A stretch of DNA of 64,000 bases. Origin: Candidatus Poribacteria bacterium (GTDB lineage: Bacteria; Poribacteria; WGA-4E; JAJDTR01). Positions 48,877-60,000 of this stretch are shown in pieces (position 1 is the stretch's first letter; every line of letters begins with the position of its first letter). Both the position numbers and the translations under genes were made by a program. The notes beneath the pieces were generated by a model. That model saw only the letters and a program-made list of their open reading frames with translations, was not told where the DNA came from and ran no database searches. The stretch lies in contig CBDCTK010000002.1 in the NCBI GenBank assembly GCA_965222225.1, positions 3,456,001-3,520,000 on the forward strand, given 5' to 3'.

Positions 48877-49860
48877 ATGGATTTGGAAGATCGGGCAGGA
48901 CAGTTCCGTGATAATTTTTCCCGCGTAAAAGCGGAAGTGCATAAACGGATTACTGGACAAGACGAGGTTATTGAAGGGGTGCTGTTGTGTCTGCTAGCCA
49001 ACGGACATGTGTTGCTTGAAGGAGTTCCCGGCTTGGGGAAGACACAACTCGTTCATACCTTGAGTGAAGCGCTCAATGTGTCGTTCAGACGGATTCAATT
49101 TACGCCGGACATGATGCCCTCAGACATTACCGGCACAATGCTTCTTGTGGAGGATGCGCAGGGACGAAAGCAGTTTGAATTTCAGCGGGGACCAATCTTT
49201 TCGCAGATTGTGCTTGCCGATGAAATCAATCGTGCGACTCCGCGCACCCAATCCGCATTGCTTGAAGCAATGCAGGAACATACCGTAAGCGTGGCTCAAA
49301 CAAGCCACACGCTGGATGAACCCTTCTGCGTCCTTGCAACTCAAAATCCGTTGGAAATGGAGGGTACGTATCCTTTGCCGGAGGCCCAACTCGATCGATT
49401 TCTTTTCAAACTCCACGTGAATTTTCCGGATGAAGATCAAATTCTTGAAATCTTGAGGCGTACAACGTCAGACAGGGAAATTTCCATCGAAGCAATCATT
49501 GATGCCGAGACGATCAATTGGATGCGCCAGTTGGTGCGCCGCGTCCCAATTGCCGAGCACGTCGAACGCTATATCATTCGTCTCGTCTGTCTGACACACC
49601 CCGATCGTTCAGACGCTCCAGAAATGGTAAAACGCTACGTCGAATTGGGTGCAAGTATTCGCGGTGTACAGGCGATTGCGTTGACCGCCAAAATCAAGGC
49701 ACTGCTCGATGAACGTTATAACGTCGCATTTGACGACATTCGCGCTGTCGCGCTGCCGGCACTACGTCATCGCATTCTTTTAAATTTTGAGGGTGAGGGC
49801 GAAGAGATAAAGACTGATGAGATTATTAATCATGTGTTGAAAACGTTGTCAGAAGCATAA
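48877..49860 (+). CDS. MoxR-family AAA+ ATPase
   Basis: GVPGLGKT, RIQFTPD, LADEINR, ATQNPLEMEGTYPLPEAQLDRF. Confidence 0.95.
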   Translation: MDLEDRAGQFRDNFSRVKAEVHKRITGQDEVIEGVLLCLLANGHVLLEGVPGLGKTQLVHTLSEALNVSFRRIQFTPDMMPSDITGTMLLVEDAQGRKQFEFQRGPIFSQIVLADEINRATPRTQSALLEAMQEHTVSVAQTSHTLDEPFCVLATQNPLEMEGTYPLPEAQLDRFLFKLHVNFPDEDQILEILRRTTSDREISIEAIIDAETINWMRQLVRRVPIAEHVERYIIRLVCLTHPDRSDAPEMVKRYVELGASIRGVQAIALTAKIKALLDERYNVAFDDIRAVALPALRHRILLNFEGEGEEIKTDEIINHVLKTLSEA

Positions 49861-50010
49861 TCACTGTCATTCGTAAAAAAACAGTGCGAGATACAGTCTG
49901 CCTTTGATTTCCAGAGTTCAAAATGCGTAAATTCTAACTCCTTTAGAAGTAGAATGCTCCTTTGCTAGTAAAGATAGGACATAGCGGAGAGGCGAAAAGA
50001 CTGTGCATCG

Positions 50011-51336
50011 TCATCTCGAGGAGCGCGGTAGACCATCTTCCATTTCGTTCAGGCTATCCAGTAACACATCCATCTCAAGTCGCAAGTTTTGCAACTCCTT
50101 GGAAACACCGTCGCTCTCAAAACTGGCGTTGCCAACTTCGGTGGTTTTTATTCGTACAATCATGGCAAGCGCATTATCCAAGGAAATACGAATTGTGGTT
50201 AATTGTGCTCGAATCTTCGCTGCCAAGTTTGTCAAGTGCTCATGATTGGCAAGTCTTTCCTTGAGAGCCTTCAATGCCTCCTCATATTGTAATGCGACCC
50301 CCGCGTTGTTTGCAGTTGTCAGTCTCCCTTCAATTTCGTCCTTCTCGCGATAGAGATTTTGCGCGCTGGAGGTCTGTAGATACTCCTCGATTTGTTGCAA
50401 GCGATCAATTAGGTCTGCCGCTTTCGAGACCACGCCCCCAATGTACTCAATCAAGGATTCTAGCGGCGGTTTAACCCCTTCGTTGGCAGAATCAATCGCC
50501 TCGAAAATCCTATCTCGAAGTTCCCGTATCTGTGAAATCAGTCGAATGTACTGTGCTTTGAGCATGGAAGAATATTGGTTTCCGGGCTTCGCTACATCCC
50601 CTAGCAGAACTTCCTCGGGTTTGAAGATTTCACGATAGGCAATCACTTGTGCGCAGATTGCAAGTGGAAGGGTAATGAATATACCAATGCCAAATGCAAC
50701 GATGCCAATGCAGGCAAGGAACGTCAAAACCAGTCCAAATAGCCAAAACCGCCACCAATTTTTCCATGTCAAAACGGTTTGGAATGCCGTGGACACAGCC
50801 GAAAAAACACTCATCTCTTGGTCAATTAACAGTGGAAATGCCAACATTGCTATTGCGCAAAGAAGCGGAACAACAAAAACACCAACCCCGGTTGAAAATA
50901 AAATAAACATGCCAGTCGGGAAGATGATCCACAAGAACAATCCTCCCCAAAATCGCTCGAACCCTTTGAAGATGTCACGAATGCGCGGCTTTCCGCCGCG
51001 CATTGACTTAAGTCCCATAAAGCATAATCCGGCATAAAGTGGTCCAAACAAAACCATTAACAGCGGTATACAAATCATTGCAACTGGGGCGAAAATCCAC
51101 GGGTACCCCGGGCCATCAAAACTACCCGACCACACAAACGCATCCGAGCGGTACATCCACAATCGGGGTCCCACAACACCAACTATGATTATCGACAGGG
51201 GTGTACAGATTATCGTGCCTAAGAAACTGGCGAAGAAGAAGGTGAAGCGGTACTGTTTATGTATTTTCCTACCCTCGGTGAGCCACTTCTCAATAGCTAC
51301 CGTTGGTTGAATTTTTGATGAGTTCCCCATGTCCAA
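50011..51336 (-). CDS. Multi-pass membrane protein with a C-terminal coiled coil
   Basis: GPLYAGL...DIFKGF...LLIDQEMS membrane domain followed by about 170 aa of heptad-like helix. Confidence 0.75.
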   Translation of the reverse strand: MDMGNSSKIQPTVAIEKWLTEGRKIHKQYRFTFFFASFLGTIICTPLSIIIVGVVGPRLWMYRSDAFVWSGSFDGPGYPWIFAPVAMICIPLLMVLFGPLYAGLCFMGLKSMRGGKPRIRDIFKGFERFWGGLFLWIIFPTGMFILFSTGVGVFVVPLLCAIAMLAFPLLIDQEMSVFSAVSTAFQTVLTWKNWWRFWLFGLVLTFLACIGIVAFGIGIFITLPLAICAQVIAYREIFKPEEVLLGDVAKPGNQYSSMLKAQYIRLISQIRELRDRIFEAIDSANEGVKPPLESLIEYIGGVVSKAADLIDRLQQIEEYLQTSSAQNLYREKDEIEGRLTTANNAGVALQYEEALKALKERLANHEHLTNLAAKIRAQLTTIRISLDNALAMIVRIKTTEVGNASFESDGVSKELQNLRLEMDVLLDSLNEMEDGLPRSSR

Positions 51337-51843
51337 TTTCTCCTAAATGGTGGCAGCGCTTAATTGATATACTGCAAGGAATTCGCCATTTAGAGAATTG
51401 CACGAATCTCAATTTGCTCTTTGGTGTAGTATCCACAATAATCACAAAAGAATTTGTACGCTTATAGTACCGTGTTCGGAGAGGCGTCTCCGCCTCAATC
51501 ATCTAGTTAGTCAATCCTGACAAATGGGAAGGGTGAAGTGGCAAGAAATATGAGGTGCGTTCAAAAAATGGCATTATGTGTATTCCATAATTGTACAGCA
51601 TTGTGTTTGTCCTGTAAAGTCGATTGCTCAATTCCATGCATGTCAGAAGCCTAGTCATCAAGGAACACACTACAAAAGATAGGGACAAAGCACGAGGCAT
51701 AATCAAGTAACGATGCATTATTCGCCGAGATATTTGTTTGATTGTATCTTTTACGATGTGTTAAAATTTTTCGCTATCGGCATTGACAATCACGGTTTTT
51801 TCGTTAAACTCCACGTGTACCTTTAATTGGAGTTTCTACCTGA

Positions 51844-54105
51844 ATGAAATCCATGGAAAAGCGCTTAATTCATCAAATTGCAATCGCCCTATTCATGCTA
51901 CCGCTATATCTTCCTCCTAGTTTTTCTCAGCAATCAACCCCTATTGATGCCGGGATTCTAGGAACAATACTTCATCAAAGAACTAAACAACCCATAGCGG
52001 GGGCAGTGGTTCTCTTGGCCGAATATGAGGAACGTACCACATTAGCTGACGCTAGTGGAAAATTTCAATTCAATAACCTTCCAGCCGGTGAATATAAGAT
52101 TCTCGTATCTGCGGCAGGTTATTACGCCACTGAGGCGCCTGTTGTTACCGTGGAAGCAGGGCAAATCACCCAAGTGCTGGTGTATCTTGAAAAGGTCGAA
52201 TTCCTATTTGACGAAGTTCTTGTTACGACAGAGCGTTTCCCAACTACGGTCAGTCGGCAGAGCATGAAGGCGCTGGAGATTAAGCGCATCCCCGGCACAG
52301 CTGGCGACGCTCTACGCGCTTTGCCGGCACTACCGTCTATCAGTGTCGCTAACGATTTTAACGGGGCATTGTACATCCGCGGTGGCGCCCCTGAAGACAA
52401 TGTATTCTACTTTGACCGTTCGCCCATTGGATACCCGTATCACTTCGGTGGTCTCGTCTCAACGCTGAGTTCCGAGGTAATTGAACGAATCGACGTATAC
52501 GCTGGTGGGTTCGGTGCAGAGTTTGGGGCAGATGCTCAAGCCATAATCGACATCTATTCACGAGGAGGCAACGAGCAGAAGGTCGGCGGAAAACTCAATT
52601 TGAACCTACTTTACTCAGAGGGATTACTAGAAGGACCAATCGGTGAGAAAGGTTCTTGGTATTTCGGTGGGAGGCGGAGCTATGTGGACTTACTCCCTAT
52701 TGAGGTGGATCTGATAACCGCTTTTCCGCGTTTTTGGGATTATCAATTTAAAGCCACGTACGATTTGCACGCGAAGCACATGGTAACCGTAAACGCGTTT
52801 GCCGCCGACGATTTTATGGAACTCAAATTAGGGTTGGATGATGTCAGCGGCGATCCGACCCTAGCGGGTAGGTTCCTTTTTGAGAACGGTTTCGATGGAC
52901 AGGGGATTCACCTGCGATCACTGTTTACAGATCGGCTGATATCTTATCTGTCACTTACGCGTTCCTTCAACCACTTCAATCTCAATTTCGGCGAAGGGTT
53001 GTTCTTGAGGATCGGAGTCTCGAATTATCAATTGCGGCAAGATTTAAGTTTTCGTTTAACGTCCAATCATCGGCTGGAATCCGGACTGTTGCTCGCGACA
53101 GCACCAACGACCGGTGCCGCCTTTTTTCCACGCAGGCCGGATGAAGGAGATCCGGATTTCGATTTCGCATTCGAGGAAAAAATCCGGGGTGATTTCGGAC
53201 TACGTTACAACCGAATTGAAACATATCTGCAACATCGATATCGTCCCTTCCCGTTTTTATCAATTGCCGCAGGTTTTCGGATCGACTACCTAAACTTGAC
53301 CGACGAAATCTCGCTCGGGCCAAGAGCCAGTTTGAAGTTCCGAATTCCAAGCGGCTCCGAAGTTCGCCTCGCTTACGGTAGGTACGAACAAAGCCCACAG
53401 CCACCTCTAAACTTTCCCGACTTTGGCAATCCCAATGTAAAATCAAGCGAAGCAAGCCATTACATCATGGAGTTAGATCGGCAGCTTTCGTCACAGACTG
53501 GATTCAAGGTCGCCGGTTACTACAGAGATTTGAATAATCTCGTTACGAGCGATAGCGAAGAAATCTACCTTAATCAGGGAGATGGCATGGCGCGGGGGTT
53601 AGAACTGTTCCTTCGCCATAACGCAGGCACCAGATTTTTTGGCTGGGCGAGTTACGCTTATGTACGCTCCGAACGTCGCGATCGTCCCGGTGACCCTTGG
53701 CGTTTGTATTCGTTCGATCAGACGCACGTCACAACACTCACGGGAAGTTATAAACTCACGCCGACGTGGGAGATTGGCGCCAAATGGCAATATTCTACAG
53801 GGAATCCGTATACCCCCGTGATTGACGCAACGCTCGAGCGACATCCGACAACCGGACTACCCATCTATCGTCCCATTTACGGAGACATTAATTCCAAGAG
53901 AGTACCGCCATTTCATCGCTTAGACATCCGTGTCAACAAATCGTTTACGTTCAATCGCTGGGAGATGGGGATATACTTGGAACTCCTAAATGCGTACAAT
54001 CGCAAGAACGTGCTCACGGTTGATTATAATTACGACTACACAGAGCAGGATGTGGTTAATCAGCTTCCTTTGATTCCCTATTTGGGGGTAACCGCTGAAT
54101 TCTGA
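51844..54105 (+). CDS. TonB-dependent receptor with an N-terminal carboxypeptidase-regulatory-like domain
   Basis: Plug motifs LYIRGG, IERIDVYAGGFGAEFG; C-terminal RLDIRV...LNAYN...GVTAEF. Confidence 0.92.
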   Translation: MKSMEKRLIHQIAIALFMLPLYLPPSFSQQSTPIDAGILGTILHQRTKQPIAGAVVLLAEYEERTTLADASGKFQFNNLPAGEYKILVSAAGYYATEAPVVTVEAGQITQVLVYLEKVEFLFDEVLVTTERFPTTVSRQSMKALEIKRIPGTAGDALRALPALPSISVANDFNGALYIRGGAPEDNVFYFDRSPIGYPYHFGGLVSTLSSEVIERIDVYAGGFGAEFGADAQAIIDIYSRGGNEQKVGGKLNLNLLYSEGLLEGPIGEKGSWYFGGRRSYVDLLPIEVDLITAFPRFWDYQFKATYDLHAKHMVTVNAFAADDFMELKLGLDDVSGDPTLAGRFLFENGFDGQGIHLRSLFTDRLISYLSLTRSFNHFNLNFGEGLFLRIGVSNYQLRQDLSFRLTSNHRLESGLLLATAPTTGAAFFPRRPDEGDPDFDFAFEEKIRGDFGLRYNRIETYLQHRYRPFPFLSIAAGFRIDYLNLTDEISLGPRASLKFRIPSGSEVRLAYGRYEQSPQPPLNFPDFGNPNVKSSEASHYIMELDRQLSSQTGFKVAGYYRDLNNLVTSDSEEIYLNQGDGMARGLELFLRHNAGTRFFGWASYAYVRSERRDRPGDPWRLYSFDQTHVTTLTGSYKLTPTWEIGAKWQYSTGNPYTPVIDATLERHPTTGLPIYRPIYGDINSKRVPPFHRLDIRVNKSFTFNRWEMGIYLELLNAYNRKNVLTVDYNYDYTEQDVVNQLPLIPYLGVTAEF

Positions 54106-54346
54106 CACAGGATTTCGATGACACCCCCGCATTAAGTTTTGCTAGAACCGGGCATGTGCGCAACTGTCGCCAAATTGATTTGGGGTTGTAGCCTGCGGAC
54201 GTAATGGGGTGCGGGTGTAGGTCAGCGCGAAGATAGGACGCCGAAGTTAATTCTCCACGACAGAGGTCTTTTGCCGCCGCTGACCACAAGCATCTTAAAC
54301 CCAGCCGAATCAGATTTCCAGTGGTGGAGATGGCTGAATAGCCTTA

Positions 54347-54540
54347 GAGCCTGTTTGAATAATCGGTGGCAAAGCAAGTTTTGGTCATTTGTAAAAAGTT
54401 TCTCATGTTTTCATTGTTGGCTGCTACATACCTGTAGGATGTCTATCGCAGTCGCTATTCGCTCCCTTGATCCCACTCTGGGGCTTTTAGAGGCGGGTGC
54501 GCAGTGCGCACCCTACAAACTGTACTTTTCAAACAGGTTC
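54347..54540. mobile_element. MITE-like element with IS5-type ends and a TTA duplication, containing a REP hairpin and a 35-nt unit
   Basis: TTA|GAGCCTGTTTGAA...TTCAAACAGGTTC|TTA; unit on the minus strand at 54435-54469; GGGTGCGCA-G-TGCGCACCCTAC. Confidence 0.7.
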
Positions 54541-54708
54541 TTAGTGAAGCATGGTTTTTGGATAACTTACTTCAAATTCAGCCCCTATCAACGATAGTTA
54601 GTCGAATCTGAAATGTCTGCTCGGTTGGCATGAAAGGTGCTAAACCTACATTCAATGTGCGGTTTCGCATACGTGGTTTACGCTCAACTATTCTTTGCCG
54701 GTGGAGAG

Positions 54709-57054
54709 ATGAGAATGAAAAAACTATTTGGTCCCCTTCTATACCTGTTAATGGTTGTTTCTTCATGGGAACTTTGCACAAACGGCTATGCTAACTTCCC
54801 ATCCGAGATTTTGCTCCCGCACGGAAGTAATGCACTTGAAATCGCCTTTAGCACTGACGGCAAATGGCTTGCGGCTGATGGCAACGATTACAAGATTTAC
54901 ATATGGGATGTGCATACCAAATCGCAAATCCATACGCTCGCCGGACACATAGGAAAAATCACAGGTCTTGTATTCAAACATAACGGAGACCTAATTTCAG
55001 CATCAGAAGATGGAACCGTGCGATTGTGGGATGTCTCGGAGGAACGAGAAATTCGACGGCTTCAAGATGGGTTTGGTCGGGTCACATCGATTGCACTTAG
55101 CACTGACGAACAGCATGTGGTTTTTGGAGCTACTGATGGAACCCTACGGTTATGGGAGGTTGGTACAGGGATACTGCGAAAAGCATTTAGAGGCCATGAA
55201 GATGTTGTTTTGTCCGTTAATTTCAGTAGGGATGGGCAGCAGATTGCCTCTGGATCAGAAGACAACACGGTGCGCCTCTGGGACGTGTCAACGGGTATGC
55301 TGGTCGAGACATTCGTTGGACACGAAAAGCGTGTCTGGTCAGTCGCGATTCATCCCGATGGGGAACAAATCGCCTCAGGGTCATGGGATGGAACTGTACG
55401 CCTATGGAAGGACACATCGGCAATGGAGGCGGTCAACGAAAAAGACGCTTCGAACTTGCCTCTTGCCACATATAATCGGCCAGTGCTCTCCGTAGCATAT
55501 AGCCCGGATGGTCGTCTATTGGCGATTGGGTTGCACAATTCTGAAAATGACAACAGCGTTAAACTGTGGGATGTCGCAACACAACAGGAACTGAGATCGT
55601 TCGATACCAAGTCGAAGCATGACGTGGAATTTAGTCCGGATGGGAGGCAATTTGCAACAACGGACGGAGATAATACGGTAATCCACGTATGGCGTGCAGA
55701 TCCGACGAATCCTGTCCCGCTCTCACCTCAAGAGGGCACACTTATTGATTCTTCAAGCGCGAATCTCCAATGGCAAGCGACTGAAGATACTCTCTATTAC
55801 ACCATCGAAGTTGCGATTGATCCGGATTTCATTGCGGTTATACAATCCACACACGTCTCGGCGAACGAGCTAGCCTTCACCTTTGAGATTAAACGTCCTC
55901 AATACTGGTGGCGTGTGCGTGCAGGGGGATTCGGAAGGGTCAGCGACTGGTCGGCGCCCTTCTCATTTCTTACACGGTTTGAACCACCACGAACCTGCTC
56001 CGTTCAGATGATTCCACGGTACGAGCGGATAGGTTTAGAGGAGGAGTTCGCACTACAAATTCACGCCGATGCTGTTCCAGACCTTGCCGGTTTTCAGTTC
56101 GACCTCCGATGGACGAACCCTGATCTTCTCACATTTGTAACAGTAACCGAATTCAGAAACATTTTTGGCACATCCGGCCTAGGTAAACCGGGAGAAATTC
56201 GCCAAGAGGATGGATTATATAAAGGCGTTGTCGCAACCAAGATCGGAGAAGCAAACATTGATAGTAGCGGAATTCTTTTGGAAGTCCTGTTTCGATCGAA
56301 AACTATTGGTACAAGCAAAATTCAACTGGATAACTTTAAACTTGCCAATTCTGCTCAGGAACCGATTGATTGTCCTGTCGCAGCGGCTACCATTATCGTC
56401 GAGGACCCCCTGCGATTATGGGATGTCAACCGCGATGGTGTCGTTGACGTGTTCGACCTCGTTACAGTTGCAAACTTCAGTGGACAAAAGGTGCCCTTAG
56501 GGCTAGAGATTAATCCTGATGTCAATCGAGATGGTGTTGTTGACATCCTTGATATTACGCTCGTCGGTGCACACTTTGGAGAAATCTATGAGAACGAGGC
56601 ACAAGCGCCATCTGCTATTTCATCCTCGGAAATCAATTTTGAACTCATGCAACCTGTGCTACGTCGAATCTACGCAGAACTAATGCTCTCGTTAGATTCA
56701 TCAGCTCCATTGCTCCGAGCCCTTCGGGCTCTAGAACAGCTCATATCCACATCTCTTCCAGAACGAAATCTGCTGCTACAAAACTATCCTAATCCGTTCA
56801 ATCCTGAAACTTGGATGCCCTTTCTGATAACTTTTACTTCTGATGTAACGATGGACATTCATGACGTTCACGGCTGTCTCGTGCGCCATATCCCGTTGGG
56901 AATTCTCCGACCTGGTCGCTATATATCTCGTGCCGAAGCCGCATATTGGAACGGGAAAAACGGTTTTGGTGAGCCAGTTGCGACCGGAACGTATTTCTAT
57001 ACTATCTCGACTGGGACCTTCCGCGCGACGAAGAAGATGATTGTGATCAAGTAG
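54709..57054 (+). CDS. Secreted WD40 + Fn3-like + cohesin + dockerin protein with a T9SS-A/FlgD-like C-terminal domain
   Basis: GH...SGSEDNTVRLWD repeats; YWWRVRA; LAGFQFDLRW; DVNRDGVVD twice; LLQNYPNPFNPETW...WNGKN..GE.VATGTYFY. Confidence 0.9.
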   Translation: MRMKKLFGPLLYLLMVVSSWELCTNGYANFPSEILLPHGSNALEIAFSTDGKWLAADGNDYKIYIWDVHTKSQIHTLAGHIGKITGLVFKHNGDLISASEDGTVRLWDVSEEREIRRLQDGFGRVTSIALSTDEQHVVFGATDGTLRLWEVGTGILRKAFRGHEDVVLSVNFSRDGQQIASGSEDNTVRLWDVSTGMLVETFVGHEKRVWSVAIHPDGEQIASGSWDGTVRLWKDTSAMEAVNEKDASNLPLATYNRPVLSVAYSPDGRLLAIGLHNSENDNSVKLWDVATQQELRSFDTKSKHDVEFSPDGRQFATTDGDNTVIHVWRADPTNPVPLSPQEGTLIDSSSANLQWQATEDTLYYTIEVAIDPDFIAVIQSTHVSANELAFTFEIKRPQYWWRVRAGGFGRVSDWSAPFSFLTRFEPPRTCSVQMIPRYERIGLEEEFALQIHADAVPDLAGFQFDLRWTNPDLLTFVTVTEFRNIFGTSGLGKPGEIRQEDGLYKGVVATKIGEANIDSSGILLEVLFRSKTIGTSKIQLDNFKLANSAQEPIDCPVAAATIIVEDPLRLWDVNRDGVVDVFDLVTVANFSGQKVPLGLEINPDVNRDGVVDILDITLVGAHFGEIYENEAQAPSAISSSEINFELMQPVLRRIYAELMLSLDSSAPLLRALRALEQLISTSLPERNLLLQNYPNPFNPETWMPFLITFTSDVTMDIHDVHGCLVRHIPLGILRPGRYISRAEAAYWNGKNGFGEPVATGTYFYTISTGTFRATKKMIVIK

Positions 57055-57065
57055 AAAGGAAAGAA

Positions 57066-60000
57066 ATGGATTCAGTGTTGAAAAAGTTCAAGAATCCACT
57101 CATACGGTGTGCCTTCCGCCTTCTTACATTCCTACTTGTCTTCGCTGGTTACTTAGTACCCTTCATAAGTTCCGCTCAACAAAATTTCCAATGGCGTAAT
57201 TTTTCACGTATCGGCGATGGGCTTGGCAGCAATAATGTGCGATCGATTGCGGCTGATCACAGAGGCGGAATCTGGCTGGCGACTAGCGAGGGGCTAAGTT
57301 ACTTTAATGGGTTTTGGCACAATTTTGATGCCCCTAGCGGTGATGTTTCCCAAGTGTTTGAAGACCGCGACGGATTCATTTGGACAACAACAGACATCGG
57401 TATTCATCAAGGCATTTTCAACCGCAATCTTAATCAGATCGATTGGCAACACCATTATTCGATCGAAACTGGTTTAATTGACAATCGTGTTCTTACCGCA
57501 ATTCAGCGTGGTTCCGATGGAGCCACTGGAAACGAAGGTGAGATTTGGGTTGGTACACCTATTGGGGTAATTTGGTCTGATGGAGAGGCTTGGCATCCCG
57601 TGCTGAACGCTGTTGATGGAGGACGTCTCAATGCCGGTGTCCAAACCATCTATGAGGACAAAGCAGGCGGGCTTTGGTTTGGTTTGCTTCCGGGCGACAG
57701 CGATAAGCTAAGTCACTTTGACGGCGTTCAGTGGCGAGTTTTCAGCGGAGATGATGGACTACCTAAAGGGGATGTACACGCGATAGTCGCAGATGACACC
57801 GGTAACCTTTGGGTTGGAACAACTGAAGGTGTAGCGGTTTATGATGGTTCCAACTGGGAGATTTTTACGACCATCAATTCTCCTCTAATCGATAATGATG
57901 TGCAGGCGATGATGCGAGATCGCGAAGGGGTTATATGGATTGGGACAACATCAGGAATTAGCCTCTTTGATCGTGGAGAATGGAGTCAACTGACGAAGGC
58001 AAACGGGTTAGCAAGCAATAACGTCCAGGCAATCTTTGAATCCCAAAACGGCGACATCTGGGTTGGCACACGGGATAACGGTGTAAGTTTCTCTGATCGG
58101 TCTTGGGAACCAATTACGACATACGACGGATTGAATGACAACCAAGTAATAGCGATGTCTACAGATCAGAATAATCAGGTCTGGGTCGGCACGCCAACCG
58201 GGCTAAATCTCTACACACAAAATGGTGTGGAGACAATACCGCATTTGCAGGGACGCGAGATCCGAAAAATAACCGCGGACGTAGAAGTGGATGGGAAAAT
58301 ATGGGTTGGCACCAATCAGGGGCTTGCGATGTTTGACGGCAATGTCTGGGAGTTTCTGCGAATTGAGGCGGAAACCAACGAAATTCAAGCGATTGCGGTC
58401 GATTTGGCTGGAGACGTTTGGGGCAGCACAGGTATTTTGCTTGAGGGCGAACCCGGGTTCCTCTCTAGCCTTAATCGGTACGACGGCGTTCAGTGGCATT
58501 CGGAGCAGGAAATCTTTCAACAGATCGATCGAACCATTGTCGCTATGTTCGTAGATTCACGTGAGCGGATTTATTTTGGTACGCTCAGTAATGGAGGTTC
58601 TGACAGTGGATTATGGGTTTTGGATGTGGAAGTGTTGAAGCGTGTTGACCTTTCTGGGCATGGCGACATTCGCGCTATCATAGAAACTGCAGATGGAACA
58701 ATCTGGATTGGGACCGAGATAGGAATCCGTGTGCTTGATGGGGACACCCTGCATTCTACCGCATGGCTGACAACAAATCAAGGACTAGTGGATAACGACG
58801 TTCAGGTACTCTATCGCGATCGGAGCAATCGCATCTGGATTGGCACGGTGGATGGTGTCAGTTTGTTTCAGGATGGACAATTTACGCGCGAACTGACGGC
58901 ATCTGACGGGCTAAACAGTAACAACATCTCCGCGATTACCCAAGTGGGTGAGACGTTCTGGTTCGGAAGTCCAGACGATGGGATTAGTGTTTTTAATCCG
59001 GAAATGATTCCACCTGACACTCGAATTACAAGTGGACCAACACAGGGCGAAACTATCGGAGACACAAGCGTTATTTTCAAGTTTGAGGGTGGCGATGCAA
59101 GTACTCCGACTGCAGAGCTCCGTTACATTTATCAGATTGATGACAAGGATCCTGTCATGACCGATGATGATGGACACGATAAACGTGTACCCCTGCCAAA
59201 TCTTGACGAGGGCATCCATCATTTCACGGTACGTGCCATTGACAGAGAGGAAAATTATGATCCGGTTGGGGCAATGGCAGAATTTGCCGTAGACTCAATC
59301 CCACCGCGAGTGAACATATCATCCCCCAAGCCAAGCAAGGTAATTCGGGCAACTTACTTGGTTGAAGGCACAGCAACGGATGAAACCGACTTTCTAAACT
59401 ACCAAATCCAGATTTTTGTTGGTGACAGTCTTACCGGCAAACCTGTCCTGGCAACGCCCTTTTTTTCGGCAGATTCAGTCGAAAGCAGTACGCTCTATAG
59501 CTGGGACACCCACACACTATCTGACGGTACATACACAATATGGTTGTCGGCACGGGATACCATTAATGGTAGTTTTGACCAACAACATTATAGCGAGGCA
59601 AGGGTTTCGGTTGAAGTTGACAATACACCTCCAACTATAAACATTCGAAGCCCGCTCCCTACATCTACGATTTCCGGGAGCGCGACAGTGTCAATTGAAC
59701 TTGACGATGCTCACTTAAAACAATATACACTCGAATATGCCCTTCAAGAGGGTACCAATGATGCAGATTGGATTCCGATTCGTGAGGATCAGAATAACGA
59801 ATCGGTGGTTTTTGTAATTTGGGATACTTCGTCCTTAGATGGAAAGATTTATGTTAGGGCAAGCGCTCAAGATCTTGCTGGCAATACTGGCAGATCAGAA
59901 ATTGTTTCTTATCTGCTTGATAATGAGGCTGCGAGACCAATCGTTTCCCTAATCAAACCGGAGGAGGGAGGAACCCCCGTCGCACAGGGACTCAATATCA

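Noticed and set aside
50344-50358. GCGATAG matches inside genes (also near 21133 and 39480)
   Set aside because: Only the short core matches and it is explained by codons; not counted as 35-nt units
51340-51843. Cobalamin or other riboswitch upstream of the TonB receptor
   Set aside because: No conserved riboswitch boxes were recognised by eye; an Rfam scan would be needed
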